Shown piece after piece: positions 29,422 to 38,970 of a DNA stretch of 64,000 nucleotides (within the stretch, counting starts at the first letter, position 1; each line of letters opens with the position of its first letter). This stretch comes from an uncultured bacterium (lineage in GTDB: Bacteria > Hinthialibacterota > Hinthialibacteria > OLB16): NCBI GenBank assembly GCA_964481775.1, contig CAYZUX010000008.1:169-64168 (forward strand). The letters run 5' to 3'. Both the position numbers and the translations under genes were made by a program. Below the pieces are notes generated by a model. It saw only the letters and a list, made by a program, of their open reading frames with translations. It searched no databases and was not told where the DNA came from.

Positions 29422-30918
29422 ATGCTCACATGGCTCAGTAACATAGAATCCTTACGGTACTTTATTCCGGAACTGTGGCTCACTTTATGGGTTTTGATCC
29501 TGCTCATTCAACCTTTGATTCCCAGGTTCTCCAGCCCCAGGCTGTCCTCTCAGCTGGCGCTGGTAGCGTTGATCGGGGCATGCCTGCTGGTCTTTAACCT
29601 GCCTGTAATTGAAGGTTCTCAAGGACTCTTCTTTGGCATGCTGGCGGGGGATGGCCTGGCGAAATTCTTCAAGATCCTGTTTGTCCTCACCACGCTGGTC
29701 ACGGTCCTCATGACCGCCGGGGGTCAGGAAGTCGACGACTCTCGCAAGCCGGAGTTCTATTCCATCCTGTTGGGCATCCTGTTGGGCATGTTCCTGGCGG
29801 CTTCCTCAATGGACCTGTTGATGCTGTACCTTGCCATTGAGCTGCTCTCCCTGGGGTCCTATGTTCTGGCTGGTTTTGCCCAAAATGAGAATCGTTCCGA
29901 TGAAGCCGCCATGAAGTATCTCCTTTATGGAGGCCTTTCCACGGGAGCGATGCTGTACGGGATGACTTACCTGTATGGGATGTCTGGCACCACCAGTCTG
30001 ACCGGTATTCGTGATGCCATCGCCCAGGGCACACATAGTCCCGTGGCGTTTTTTGTAGCCTTTCTGTTTGTGTTCGTGGGGATTGGCTACAAGGTTTCGG
30101 CGGTTCCCTTCCACTTCTGGGCGCCGGATGTCTATGAAGGCTCCCCCACGGTACTTGTGGCATTCCTCTCTGTGGCTTCGAAGGCCGCCGGTTTCGCCGC
30201 TTTCATCCGTTTGTTCTTCACCTCGATCCTTTCGCTTGGCAACAATGGGATCTGGACACCGATTGTGGAACTCGATTGGAGGGTCATCCTCTCGTTGATC
30301 GCGATAGTCACCATGACCTTTGGCAACCTGGGGGCTTTCCGTCAGGAGAACATCAAGCGTCTTTTCGCCTATTCAGGAATTGCCCATGCCGGTTATGTTC
30401 TGGTGGGTGCTTTGGCTTTGACCACCGCAGGTGTACAAAGTGTTCTGTTTTACCTCCTCACATACCTCTTCACCAATCTCGCGGCCTTCGCTGTGATTGT
30501 TTACCTTTCGGACCGTCATGGGATGGAGGGGGTTGAGGATTACCGTGATCTGGGAAGACGTTCTCCCTTATTGGCGCTGATGTTGACCCTCTCGATCTTC
30601 TCACTGATTGGTGTACCTCCCATGGCGGGTTTCCTGGGCAAGTGGTATCTGTTTGCGGCGGCGGCCAAAACTTTGGATCCCTGGTGTATCGCGGCGGTGG
30701 TGGCTGGCCTGTTGAACTCCACTTTGTCGGTTTACTACTACATGCGAATCGTCAAAGCCATGTACCTGGATCGTTTGGAGAATCCCCCGGTGCTCACTCC
30801 AGACCATACCCTGACCACTCTTGCAACCGTTCTATCGATTCCCGTGGTCTTCCTGATCTTCACAGTGGGACCGGTCTATGACTGGACCGGGAAACTCACC
30901 CAGATGCTCCTGGGATAG
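29422..30918 (+). CDS. nuoN: NADH-quinone oxidoreductase subunit N
   Basis: AIELLSL, EAAMKY, YKVSAVPFHFWAPDVYEGSP, IKRLFAYSGIAHAGY and GFLGKW. Confidence 0.96.
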   Translation: MLTWLSNIESLRYFIPELWLTLWVLILLIQPLIPRFSSPRLSSQLALVALIGACLLVFNLPVIEGSQGLFFGMLAGDGLAKFFKILFVLTTLVTVLMTAGGQEVDDSRKPEFYSILLGILLGMFLAASSMDLLMLYLAIELLSLGSYVLAGFAQNENRSDEAAMKYLLYGGLSTGAMLYGMTYLYGMSGTTSLTGIRDAIAQGTHSPVAFFVAFLFVFVGIGYKVSAVPFHFWAPDVYEGSPTVLVAFLSVASKAAGFAAFIRLFFTSILSLGNNGIWTPIVELDWRVILSLIAIVTMTFGNLGAFRQENIKRLFAYSGIAHAGYVLVGALALTTAGVQSVLFYLLTYLFTNLAAFAVIVYLSDRHGMEGVEDYRDLGRRSPLLALMLTLSIFSLIGVPPMAGFLGKWYLFAAAAKTLDPWCIAAVVAGLLNSTLSVYYYMRIVKAMYLDRLENPPVLTPDHTLTTLATVLSIPVVFLIFTVGPVYDWTGKLTQMLLG

Positions 30919-31048
30919 AGGGTTTCTGTGGCAGAAGATGAGTTCTCTCACTGAATTGTCCCCTTTATTTACTGACCATTCTGTACGATGATACTGGTGT
31001 TCATTCCTGAAGGGTTAACCGATTGATATAGGGAGAAGGTGACTTTTC

Positions 31049-32059
31049 ATGCTGCGGGTTGCCGTGATTGGCGCGGGTCCGATTGGGAACCTCCACGCCG
31101 ATATCCACAAGTCCGACCCATTGGCCGAACTCGTTGGCATTTGTGACATTATCAAGGAGCGGGCGGATAAAGCCTCAGCCCGACTGGGCATTCCCGCCTT
31201 TTATGATGCGGAAGAAATGATCCGCTCCCTGGCCCCCGACATCGCCGATGTGTGTACCGGGGGATACGAATATGGTAGCGACCACTATCTGCCCACCATG
31301 CAGGCCCTCGAGGCTGGCTGTCATGTGCTCTGTGAGAAACCGATCTCTAACGAGATCCCCCCGGCTGAGGAAATGGTCGCCAAGGCCCAGGAAAAGGGGG
31401 TCTGTTTCGGTGTCAATCTGAATCACCGTTTTACTCCCGCTGCTCGTTTGGCCAAAAAGTGGGTTGAGGAGGGGAGACTGGGCCACCTGCTGTTTATCAA
31501 TATGAGCATGTGGATCAAGAATCCCGCCGAGAGTTCTCCCTACTTCCAGATCAAGGCGCTTCATCCCCATACGGTGGATGTCATGCGTTACTACTGTGGT
31601 GATATCGAAGCCGTTCAGTGTTTCGCGGTTAAGGCTCCGGGACGTTCCATCTGGTCGACTGCCCAGTTCAATATGCGGTTCTGCAATGGTGTCGTGGGGC
31701 ACCTGACCGGCAGTTATGACATCGAGCGTGGCCACCCCATGGAGCGTTGCGAAGTAGCGGGAATAGGTGGACGCTTTGTGCTCGAGGACATGTTCCGCGA
31801 GGTGACCCTCTATCCAGCCGGGAACCTTGAAAAAACTGTGTATACCAATCCTGTTTTCGGGGGAATGCGTGAATTCAAGGATACCTTCCGAAATCGGATT
31901 CACACCTTCCTGGAACAGGTAACTGAGGGAGTCAGTCCAGGGGACATCGATGGATCGGGTGCCTCGGCTTTGGCGGCCCAAAGGGTCCTGGCCGCGGCGA
32001 TCGAGTCACTCGAGACCGAATCCGTGGTGCATGTCAGTGGTGTCCCCTGCACTGTATAA
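31049..32059 (+). CDS. Gfo/Idh/MocA family oxidoreductase
   Basis: RVAVIGAGPIG, HVLCEKPIS and GVNLNHRF. Confidence 0.92.
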   Translation: MLRVAVIGAGPIGNLHADIHKSDPLAELVGICDIIKERADKASARLGIPAFYDAEEMIRSLAPDIADVCTGGYEYGSDHYLPTMQALEAGCHVLCEKPISNEIPPAEEMVAKAQEKGVCFGVNLNHRFTPAARLAKKWVEEGRLGHLLFINMSMWIKNPAESSPYFQIKALHPHTVDVMRYYCGDIEAVQCFAVKAPGRSIWSTAQFNMRFCNGVVGHLTGSYDIERGHPMERCEVAGIGGRFVLEDMFREVTLYPAGNLEKTVYTNPVFGGMREFKDTFRNRIHTFLEQVTEGVSPGDIDGSGASALAAQRVLAAAIESLETESVVHVSGVPCTV

Positions 32060-32084
32060 TCGAACGTGAGAATAGATGAGGCAT

Positions 32085-32852
32085 TTAAGGCCCCGTCCGA
32101 TAAAGGTCCCCTTCGCTTCTGGTTCCGTTGGTTGGGCTATACACAAGCAATGAAATCTGGTTTTCCAGCAATCCACGGGGAAGTTGCCCCGCAAATCCGG
32201 TGGCATCGGAGCCGGGATGAGCGGCGCGTTCGTTGATATCCCCATGCCGTCCCCCCACTTGAGCATCGACCGCGGGCAAGAACGGAGTCCGGGTACCTGG
32301 TCCGCCACCGCTCCCTCCTGGATTGGTGAATTCGTCCATATCCGGACCAAAGCTGGTAAGAACCCATCCTTCGAGAGGCTTGGCACGGTCTTCACGATAA
32401 GAGTAAGTCAGGAAACCAGGCAGGGTTGTGAAAGGATCAGTAGGAACCGTCTTCATGTAGGCAACAGGAGTTGTCAACCCGGGCACTACCCCCACAGGCG
32501 TTCCATTTGGAACAGAGGGGAATCCCAAAGTCTCGGCCCCGTTACCTGAGAACACGGTTCGAAATGTGTAAAAGGCATAAGGACCGTGAGTGATGAAATG
32601 CTCTTTGACTTCGACAGGAACAGCATCGGGATTGTCGGTTCCAATCGGGTAGGTTGAGTGTTCGGTACGAAAGAATTCGATGGCAGTGGCCAAGGCTCGC
32701 ATATCAGCATTGGCTTTGGCCACCTTTGCTCTTATCTGAGACGATAAGAAACTTGGTAGAGCAATGGAAATCAGAATCAACATGATGGCAATTACAATCA
32801 GCAACTCGATGAGTGTGAATGCGGAGAGACCAGTCTTTGGGCGGGTAAACAT
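32085..32852 (-). CDS. Prepilin-type N-terminal cleavage/methylation domain protein (type IV pilin/pseudopilin-like)
   Basis: SA|FTLIELLIVIAIMLILISIALP with Glu5, then AKVAKANADMRALATAIE, DPF and YSPTNGT.S.GDL. Confidence 0.88.
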   Translation of the reverse strand: MFTRPKTGLSAFTLIELLIVIAIMLILISIALPSFLSSQIRAKVAKANADMRALATAIEFFRTEHSTYPIGTDNPDAVPVEVKEHFITHGPYAFYTFRTVFSGNGAETLGFPSVPNGTPVGVVPGLTTPVAYMKTVPTDPFTTLPGFLTYSYREDRAKPLEGWVLTSFGPDMDEFTNPGGSGGGPGTRTPFLPAVDAQVGGRHGDINERAAHPGSDATGFAGQLPRGLLENQISLLVYSPTNGTRSEGDLYRTGP

Positions 32853-32912
32853 GGTGTTTCATTCCTCTTTCTGAGATAAATTGGATGGCCTGAAGGTCAT
32901 CATGTTAGGCAT

Positions 32913-32941
32913 ACCTTACACATAATTGGCATACATGTCAA
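32913..32941 (-). promoter_or_regulatory. Sigma-70-type promoter of the pilin-like gene, overlapped by a GGCATAC direct repeat
   Basis: Minus strand TTGACA-17nt-TAAGGT; direct repeats at 32908-32914 and 32928-32934. Confidence 0.55.
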
Positions 32942-33103
32942 TCGGGTGGCTTGCCTTAATTTTTTTCTTCGATCATCCGGTTATCCCCCTCCTATCTGTC
33001 CCTTCCCGCCTATACACTCACGTGGTGAATTGAGACAGAATCCGGTTTCCGGAAGCCGCTTTTGGGCTGTCGATATGAGATTGATCTGAGGAGTGTGATT
33101 GTG

Positions 33104-34603
33104 ATGACCTGGCCCCTTTTCCGTTGTTTGTTGTGCCTTTCTGGATTTTTATTCGTGATTTGTGTTCCCAGTTGTCCAGCAGGTCTTCTGGAGGATCTGA
33201 CCACCATCAAAAACGAGGCTTCCCATCGCTCCTCGAGTTCGGGGGAACCCTGGACGGAATCAAATGGAGATTGCCGTCCCATCGAACCGGGGCAAACCCT
33301 ACTGTTGGGTGACCTGGAGGGACCGGGGGAGATCCGTCATATCTGGTTTACCGTGGCGGCCGAAGATGATTATTACCCGGCATCCATGGTCTTCCGTATT
33401 TTTTACGATGACCGCAAGGAGCCCGCTGTCGAATCCCCGCTGGGAGATTTCTTTGGGGTCGGGCATGGGATGAAGAAGGCCTATGACAGCCTACCGGTGG
33501 AAATCTCCTCCGATGGCAGGGCTTACAATTGCTTCTGGCGAATGCCGTTCGGGAAAAGGGCACGTCTGGAGATGACCAATGAGTCCGACAAGCGGGTCGG
33601 CTGCCTCTTTTACTACATTGACTGGGTTTCCATCCCTGCGCTCCCGCACAACACCGCTTATTTCCATGCCCAATATCGTCAGGAAAAGCCTTGCCAGCCT
33701 GGACCGAATTACCTTCTTCTGGATACCGAAGGCAGCGGGCATTATGTGGGGACTGTCCTCTCCGTGTTTCATGCCGAACCATCCTGGTTTGGGGAGGGAG
33801 ATGACTTCTTTTTCATCGATGGCGCCAAGGAGCCACAACTCAAAGGAACTGGTTCCGAGGATTATTTCTGTGATGCCTGGGGATTCCGTGAGTTTCAGCA
33901 CCTCAATCATGGGGTGACTATCTGGGAGGGATTCGATACAGGGGACCGTGGCACTGCCTATCGCTGGCATGTTCAGGACCCCATCCGGTTCGCCAAATCT
34001 CTGCGGGTGGAAATTGAACACAAAGGCGCCCGTGTGAGAGCTGATGGGAGTATGGAATCGGGCTTCATCGAACGTGCTGATGATTATTCCTCAGTCGCCT
34101 TCTGGTATCAGACGGGTGAGCCGAAACGCTTTGCTCCGCTCCCCCCCTTATCCGAAAGACGGCGGAAGACCCTGACCATCGAGACCGAGGCTTCCCTGGA
34201 TTCCATTGAGCATTCGGAAGGTGGCCTGACAATTCAGGAGGGGGGGACCTGGAATGGAGGGAAACAGGTTCTCTTCAGCCCCAGGCAGGATGGGGCCACG
34301 CTCTCGATACCTTTTGAGGTGAAAGAGCCGATCAAGGCTGTCATGCGTCTGGTTTTGACCACATCTTTTGACTATGGAACCTATGAAATTTCCATGGATG
34401 ATCAGGAGCCGGTCAAGAAGGATCTGTACTCACCGACTGTCGATAAAACAAAGGTGACCCTGAGGAAGGGGGAGATCCCTGCCGGTAAACACACACTTCG
34501 TTTTAAGGGAGTGGGTACGAATCCGAAATCGAAAATGCACAAATCCGAAGATCCAGGATATTACCTGGGTGTCGACGGGATCGAGCTGATGGAGCTGCCC
34601 TGA
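33104..34603 (+). CDS. DUF2961 / glycoside hydrolase family 172 protein with C-terminal beta-sandwich
   Basis: GPGEIRHIWFT, SPLGDFFG, NCFWRMPF, FYYID, YFHAQYR, GEGDDFFFIDG, GTGSEDYF and YRWHVQDPIRF. SD GAGGAG near 33088; the exact start (33095/33101/33104) is uncertain. Confidence 0.88.
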   Translation: MTWPLFRCLLCLSGFLFVICVPSCPAGLLEDLTTIKNEASHRSSSSGEPWTESNGDCRPIEPGQTLLLGDLEGPGEIRHIWFTVAAEDDYYPASMVFRIFYDDRKEPAVESPLGDFFGVGHGMKKAYDSLPVEISSDGRAYNCFWRMPFGKRARLEMTNESDKRVGCLFYYIDWVSIPALPHNTAYFHAQYRQEKPCQPGPNYLLLDTEGSGHYVGTVLSVFHAEPSWFGEGDDFFFIDGAKEPQLKGTGSEDYFCDAWGFREFQHLNHGVTIWEGFDTGDRGTAYRWHVQDPIRFAKSLRVEIEHKGARVRADGSMESGFIERADDYSSVAFWYQTGEPKRFAPLPPLSERRRKTLTIETEASLDSIEHSEGGLTIQEGGTWNGGKQVLFSPRQDGATLSIPFEVKEPIKAVMRLVLTTSFDYGTYEISMDDQEPVKKDLYSPTVDKTKVTLRKGEIPAGKHTLRFKGVGTNPKSKMHKSEDPGYYLGVDGIELMELP

Positions 34604-34674
34604 TAACGGCAGGTGAGATGTATTGGCCCGGACGGTGGCTAAGAACCTGATCGTAATGGATAGGAGATGAACCG

Positions 34675-35787
34675 ATGAGAAGCGATCTTCCCTTTCTGGT
34701 ACGCGCCCGTGCTCCAGTGCGTGTGGATCTTGCGGGTGGATGGACCGATGTGGCTGAGTTTTGTGAAACCACCCCGGGGGGTGTGGTGAATGTCGCCATC
34801 GACCTGTGTTCGACCGTGACGGTTATGGCCAGGACTACCAAGGTCGAGGCGGGTAGCCGGGGATGGACACTGCATTCACGGCTGGAAGATGAATCGGTGG
34901 AAATCTACTCCGCTGATTTTGATATCTACATTGAAGCCAAGCGGGTGGCGGACCTGGAGTACGATGGGAATGTGGATCTGGTGAAAGCAGCTATCAAGGA
35001 GATGGACCTGCCGGGAGGATTCACACTCATCACTGAGAGCACCGCTCCACCCGGCAGTGGATTGGGAACCAGTGCATCGCTTGGGGTTGCACTCCTGGGA
35101 GCCCTTGCCAAATATGCGGGGAAACCCTTTCTCCCATCGGAGATCGCTGAGCTGGGCAGCTCCATTGAAAGAAAACGGCTGGGAATTCGTGGCGGCAAGC
35201 AAGACCACTATGCCAGTGCGCTGGGGGGTCTGGAATTCATGGAGTTTCGTGGTGAGGATGTTAAAGCCTCTCACTTGATCACCTCGCGCAGTGTCCTTCG
35301 GGAACTGGAGTGCAACCTGGTTTTGATCTACACCGGCAAGTCCCGTCTTTCGGGAGACATCCACCAAAGGGTCAGTGATGCCTATCACTCGGGGCGTGGT
35401 GAGACTCACGATGCCATCGAGGAAATGAAACGGATCGCCCGGGAGATGAAAGACGCCCTGATTCTGGACGATCTGGATGCGGTTGGACCCTTGATGAGCC
35501 GTAACTGGGAGTGCCAGAAAAAACTGCATCCGGATGTCACCAATCCCACCATCGATCACCTGTTTGAGGTTGCGATGACCTCCGGAGCCTCGGGAGGGAA
35601 AGCCTGTGGTGCGGGTGGAGGAGGCTGCCTCGTGTTCATCTGTGGTCCGCATGATACGCACCGCTTAAAAAGAGCGCTCCGTGCGGTTCCGGGAGTCCAG
35701 GTTCTACCGGTCCGGATCGATTCGCGTGGACTTGATAACTGGGATCCCCCTTTACCAGCCAGTTTTGGAGGTGATTCGATCTCCTGA
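34675..35787 (+). CDS. GHMP-family sugar kinase (HddA/fucokinase-like)
   Basis: RAPVRVDLAGGWTD, PPGSGLGTS, GKQDHYASALGG and GKACGAGGGG. Confidence 0.88.
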   Translation: MRSDLPFLVRARAPVRVDLAGGWTDVAEFCETTPGGVVNVAIDLCSTVTVMARTTKVEAGSRGWTLHSRLEDESVEIYSADFDIYIEAKRVADLEYDGNVDLVKAAIKEMDLPGGFTLITESTAPPGSGLGTSASLGVALLGALAKYAGKPFLPSEIAELGSSIERKRLGIRGGKQDHYASALGGLEFMEFRGEDVKASHLITSRSVLRELECNLVLIYTGKSRLSGDIHQRVSDAYHSGRGETHDAIEEMKRIAREMKDALILDDLDAVGPLMSRNWECQKKLHPDVTNPTIDHLFEVAMTSGASGGKACGAGGGGCLVFICGPHDTHRLKRALRAVPGVQVLPVRIDSRGLDNWDPPLPASFGGDSIS

Positions 35788-36034
35788 AGTTAGAACCAGA
35801 GGCAGTGGATTCCTTTCTTTGTGAAGATGATTCCGTACAGATGAATCACGCGAAGAACGATTTTTATGTGAATCTCACAAAACCGGGAATCCATGGTGAT
35901 CGGGGAGTTCTAGGGAATCGCTTAGATCGAGAAAATACTCTACAATCGGGTGTAGCAGTCCGATATAAAAAACATTCGCTATACCGCTCTCTGGTGGAGT
36001 TCTTCCAAGTGGAGTGTAAGAAAGCGCCACATCC

Positions 36035-38356
36035 ATGACCCCTACTCCCTTCGAAGTTGAGAAGATGGTTAAAAAGAATACTGTCATTCTCAGACTGAGC
36101 GGGATGCTGAACACCGAAACCCGTGCTGATCTGGAACCTTATGTCGAGGAACTCGATTCATCACAGAATCTTCAGGAAGTCATCCTCAACCTGGATCGCC
36201 TGACCCATATCGATTCACGGGGACTTTCCACCCTTCTCTCCATGCACCGCCGGTTTACAGAGCGGGATGTCGGGTTCCGCCTGGTGAATGTCAACGATTA
36301 TGTCCTGCGGCTCTTCCAGGTCTCCAATCTGGTCAACCTGTTTGAGATCGGTCCCCCACCCCAAGACCATGCTTCCCTTGTCCACGACCGCCGTGAAGCG
36401 CTGTGGCAATCCCATGCTTTTACGACGCAACTGCTGGCGGCACTGGGAGAGGCGGTTCTTGGTGTGGATGCGGATGGAAGGGTGTTGTTTGTCAATCCAG
36501 CCGCGGAACGCCTTCTGGGTTGGGAGGAAGCAGACCTGTTGGGCCGGGTTCTCTCGGATGCCTTGAATCCGCGTGACCAGTCTGGACGTCCGGTACTGAT
36601 GGCCTTGTCTCCCCACCCGGCCTTGGAAGAAACACAAAACCCGGTTGTCCGTGTGGAGGTGACACTCCATAAACGATCTGGAGAAACCACCGAGGTGGAA
36701 TGGGTTGCAACCACGATTTTCCAGGCGGGTCAACGGATTGGCCGCGTGATTGGAATCCGTGATCTCAGTCAACGGCGCAGGGCGCAGGATGAGGTAAAAC
36801 GTCTCGCCACGGCGGTGGATCAAGCTGCCGAAATGATCGTGGTTACCGATCCCGATGGGGTAGTCCAGTATGTGAATCCGGCTTTTGAGAGAGTGACTGG
36901 TTACTCCCGGGAAGAAGCGGTTGGCAAGCGGACGAACATCCTCAGTTCAGGGGTTCACGACCAGGCGTTTTTCGAGGATCTCTGGCGTACCATTCGAGGG
37001 GGACGTGTTTGGACAGGACGGTTCATGAACCGCCGCAAGGATGGCAGGCTCTATGAAGAGGAAGCCACCATCTCGCCGGTCCATGATGCCGCGGGCGCCA
37101 TCATCAATTTTGTGGCGGTGAAACGGGACATTACCCAGGAGGTTCTTCTTGAGCAGCAACTGCGTGAATCGCAGAAATTCGAGGCGATCGCTCAGCTTGC
37201 AGGCGGTATCGCTCATGATTTCAACAACCTGCTCACCTCGGTGATTGGAAACATCCAACTGGCCAAGATCAAGAAAAAAGGAGATGTCACCGCTTACCTT
37301 GAGAAAGCTGAACAGGCCTGTCTGAGAGGAGCTTCGCTTGTTCAGCAGTTGTTGCTCTATAGCCGTAAGTCCACTTCCACCAAAGAGCGAGTCAGCCTCA
37401 ATTCGATTGTTCGTGAGGTCCTCGCGCTTGCCCGTGAGACTATTGACCGGCGGATCGAGTTTAAGGTGGAATTACACCAACAGCTCCCCCCGGTTCGTGC
37501 TGACTCGGGGCAAATGCACCAGGTCCTGTTGAACCTGGTGCTGAATGCACGCGATGCAGTTGAAGACCGTCGTGTTGCGGAATCGTCCACTGAGAAAAAG
37601 CCGACAACGCCTTTTGAGCAGAAGATCACAGTCAAGACGGATATTGTGTCTCCTGATTCTCAAAAGATTCCCAAAGATGCCCTTCCACCCGCGGAGGATT
37701 ATGTAGTTCTGACTGTGTCTGATACCGGAACTGGTATGGACAGTAAAACTCGTCAGCATCTTTTTGAGCCATTTTTTACGACCAAAGAGGTGGGGAGGGG
37801 AACCGGACTGGGATTGGCAACCGCATATGGAATCGTGAGAAACCATGGAGGATGGGTGGAGGTCCAAAGCAGTCCAGGGGTCGGTTCCACATTCAATGTA
37901 TACCTGCCTGCTGACATGGCCTCCAAAGTTGATCAGTCACAGCAGGTGGTTTTGGAACCGGTTCCAGGGGGGAATGAGACGATTCTTGTGGTAGATGATG
38001 AGATCTCGATCTGTGAGGTGGCCAAGGATATCCTGGAAGGCCACGGATATCAGGTTCTGATTGCCTTGGATGGCGTTGAGGGGTTAGACATCTATTCCCG
38101 TGAGATGGCCCATGTGGATTTGGTTATTCTGGATCTCTCGATGCCGAAGTTGTCTGGAAGGGAAGTTCTGGAACGTCTTAAGGCCTTGAATCCTTCTGTC
38201 CGTGTGATCATTTCGAGCGGTTACCTGGGCGATGATATCCACTCGACCGCCAGCGATTGTGTGTTTGTCCAGAAACCCTACAGGACCGATGACCTCCTCA
38301 GGGGGGTACGTGAAGCTTTGGATCGATTACCACTGAAGTCATTACGTTCTGCTTAG
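36035..38356 (+). CDS. Hybrid histidine kinase STAS-PAS-PAS-HisKA-HATPase-REC
   Basis: STAS (THIDSRGL), two PAS (VNPAAE; VNPAFERVTGYS..RRKDG), H-box GIAHDFNNLL, N-box NLVLNARDA, G boxes FEPFFTTK/GTGLGL, REC ILDLSMP. Confidence 0.93.
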   Translation: MTPTPFEVEKMVKKNTVILRLSGMLNTETRADLEPYVEELDSSQNLQEVILNLDRLTHIDSRGLSTLLSMHRRFTERDVGFRLVNVNDYVLRLFQVSNLVNLFEIGPPPQDHASLVHDRREALWQSHAFTTQLLAALGEAVLGVDADGRVLFVNPAAERLLGWEEADLLGRVLSDALNPRDQSGRPVLMALSPHPALEETQNPVVRVEVTLHKRSGETTEVEWVATTIFQAGQRIGRVIGIRDLSQRRRAQDEVKRLATAVDQAAEMIVVTDPDGVVQYVNPAFERVTGYSREEAVGKRTNILSSGVHDQAFFEDLWRTIRGGRVWTGRFMNRRKDGRLYEEEATISPVHDAAGAIINFVAVKRDITQEVLLEQQLRESQKFEAIAQLAGGIAHDFNNLLTSVIGNIQLAKIKKKGDVTAYLEKAEQACLRGASLVQQLLLYSRKSTSTKERVSLNSIVREVLALARETIDRRIEFKVELHQQLPPVRADSGQMHQVLLNLVLNARDAVEDRRVAESSTEKKPTTPFEQKITVKTDIVSPDSQKIPKDALPPAEDYVVLTVSDTGTGMDSKTRQHLFEPFFTTKEVGRGTGLGLATAYGIVRNHGGWVEVQSSPGVGSTFNVYLPADMASKVDQSQQVVLEPVPGGNETILVVDDEISICEVAKDILEGHGYQVLIALDGVEGLDIYSREMAHVDLVILDLSMPKLSGREVLERLKALNPSVRVIISSGYLGDDIHSTASDCVFVQKPYRTDDLLRGVREALDRLPLKSLRSA

Positions 38357-38539
38357 TTCTAACCAAGTCTGATTCTTTTTGAACACGGTTTTGAGGCATG
38401 GTCCTCCAGGTTACCTGTATTTATTCCAATCACATCCCCGAAGTCCCAGATTCGCAACTTGAACAGGAACAAGCCAAAGCGAACCGCCCCCGCCATTGAC
38501 GGTCATTGAGATCCCATCCAGATCGAGTTCCGGGATTAT

Positions 38540-38556
38540 CTGGCCTGAATCATGCT
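38540..38556 (+). promoter_or_regulatory. Possible sigma-54 -24/-12 element upstream of the PII gene
   Basis: CTGGCCTGAATCATGCT has GG-N10-GC spacing, but the implied start site (about 38567) falls only 3-6 nt before the start codon. Confidence 0.25.
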
Positions 38557-38569
38557 TTAGAAGGGAAAT

Positions 38570-38908
38570 GTGGTGCAATCTGAACTGCTGGAGATTCTTT
38601 TACGCCCCGAAATGGTCGGGGAGGTTTTGGAGCTTCTCGACCATTTGGATGTCGAGTGGGTCTGTTATGGCAATGTCCAGGGCACCGGCAGGCAACGAGG
38701 CCACACCGAGATCTTCCGGGGGCGTGAGTATTCCATAGAACCCCTCCCCAAGGTCCGGCTCGAAATACTGCTGGATGATCCTACCCGTCGTGAGGAGGTC
38801 ATCCGTCAGGTTCGGGATTGTGTCCACACAGGGCGAATCGGTGATGGGAAAGTTTTTGTGATGCGGGTGGAGGTTCCTGGCCAAAACTCAAGTGTTCCCA
38901 CCGCCTAG
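38570..38908 (+). CDS. glnB: Divergent P-II family nitrogen regulator (GlnB/GlnK-like)
   Basis: T-loop [25 protein letters not shown] and B-loop [12 protein letters not shown]; immediately upstream of glnA. Confidence 0.85.
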   Translation: MVQSELLEILLRPEMVGEVLELLDHLDVEWVCYGNVQGTGRQRGHTEIFRGREYSIEPLPKVRLEILLDDPTRREEVIRQVRDCVHTGRIGDGKVFVMRVEVPGQNSSVPTA

Positions 38909-38970
38909 ATACGGCTTCAGTTTCCGTTTATCGAGACGGAATAGCAATAAACAAACAACAGGAGGTTCAC

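Noticed and set aside
27972-29507. 511-aa minus-strand ORF that might be a hidden extra subunit
   Set aside because: It is antisense to nuoM with no recognisable motifs, as expected for a GC-rich shadow ORF. The same applies to 5419-6429, 4958-5917, 6282-7247 and other long overlapping ORFs.
35805-36114. Small ORFs upstream of the hybrid kinase
   Set aside because: No SD or recognisable motif; more likely the kinase promoter region.
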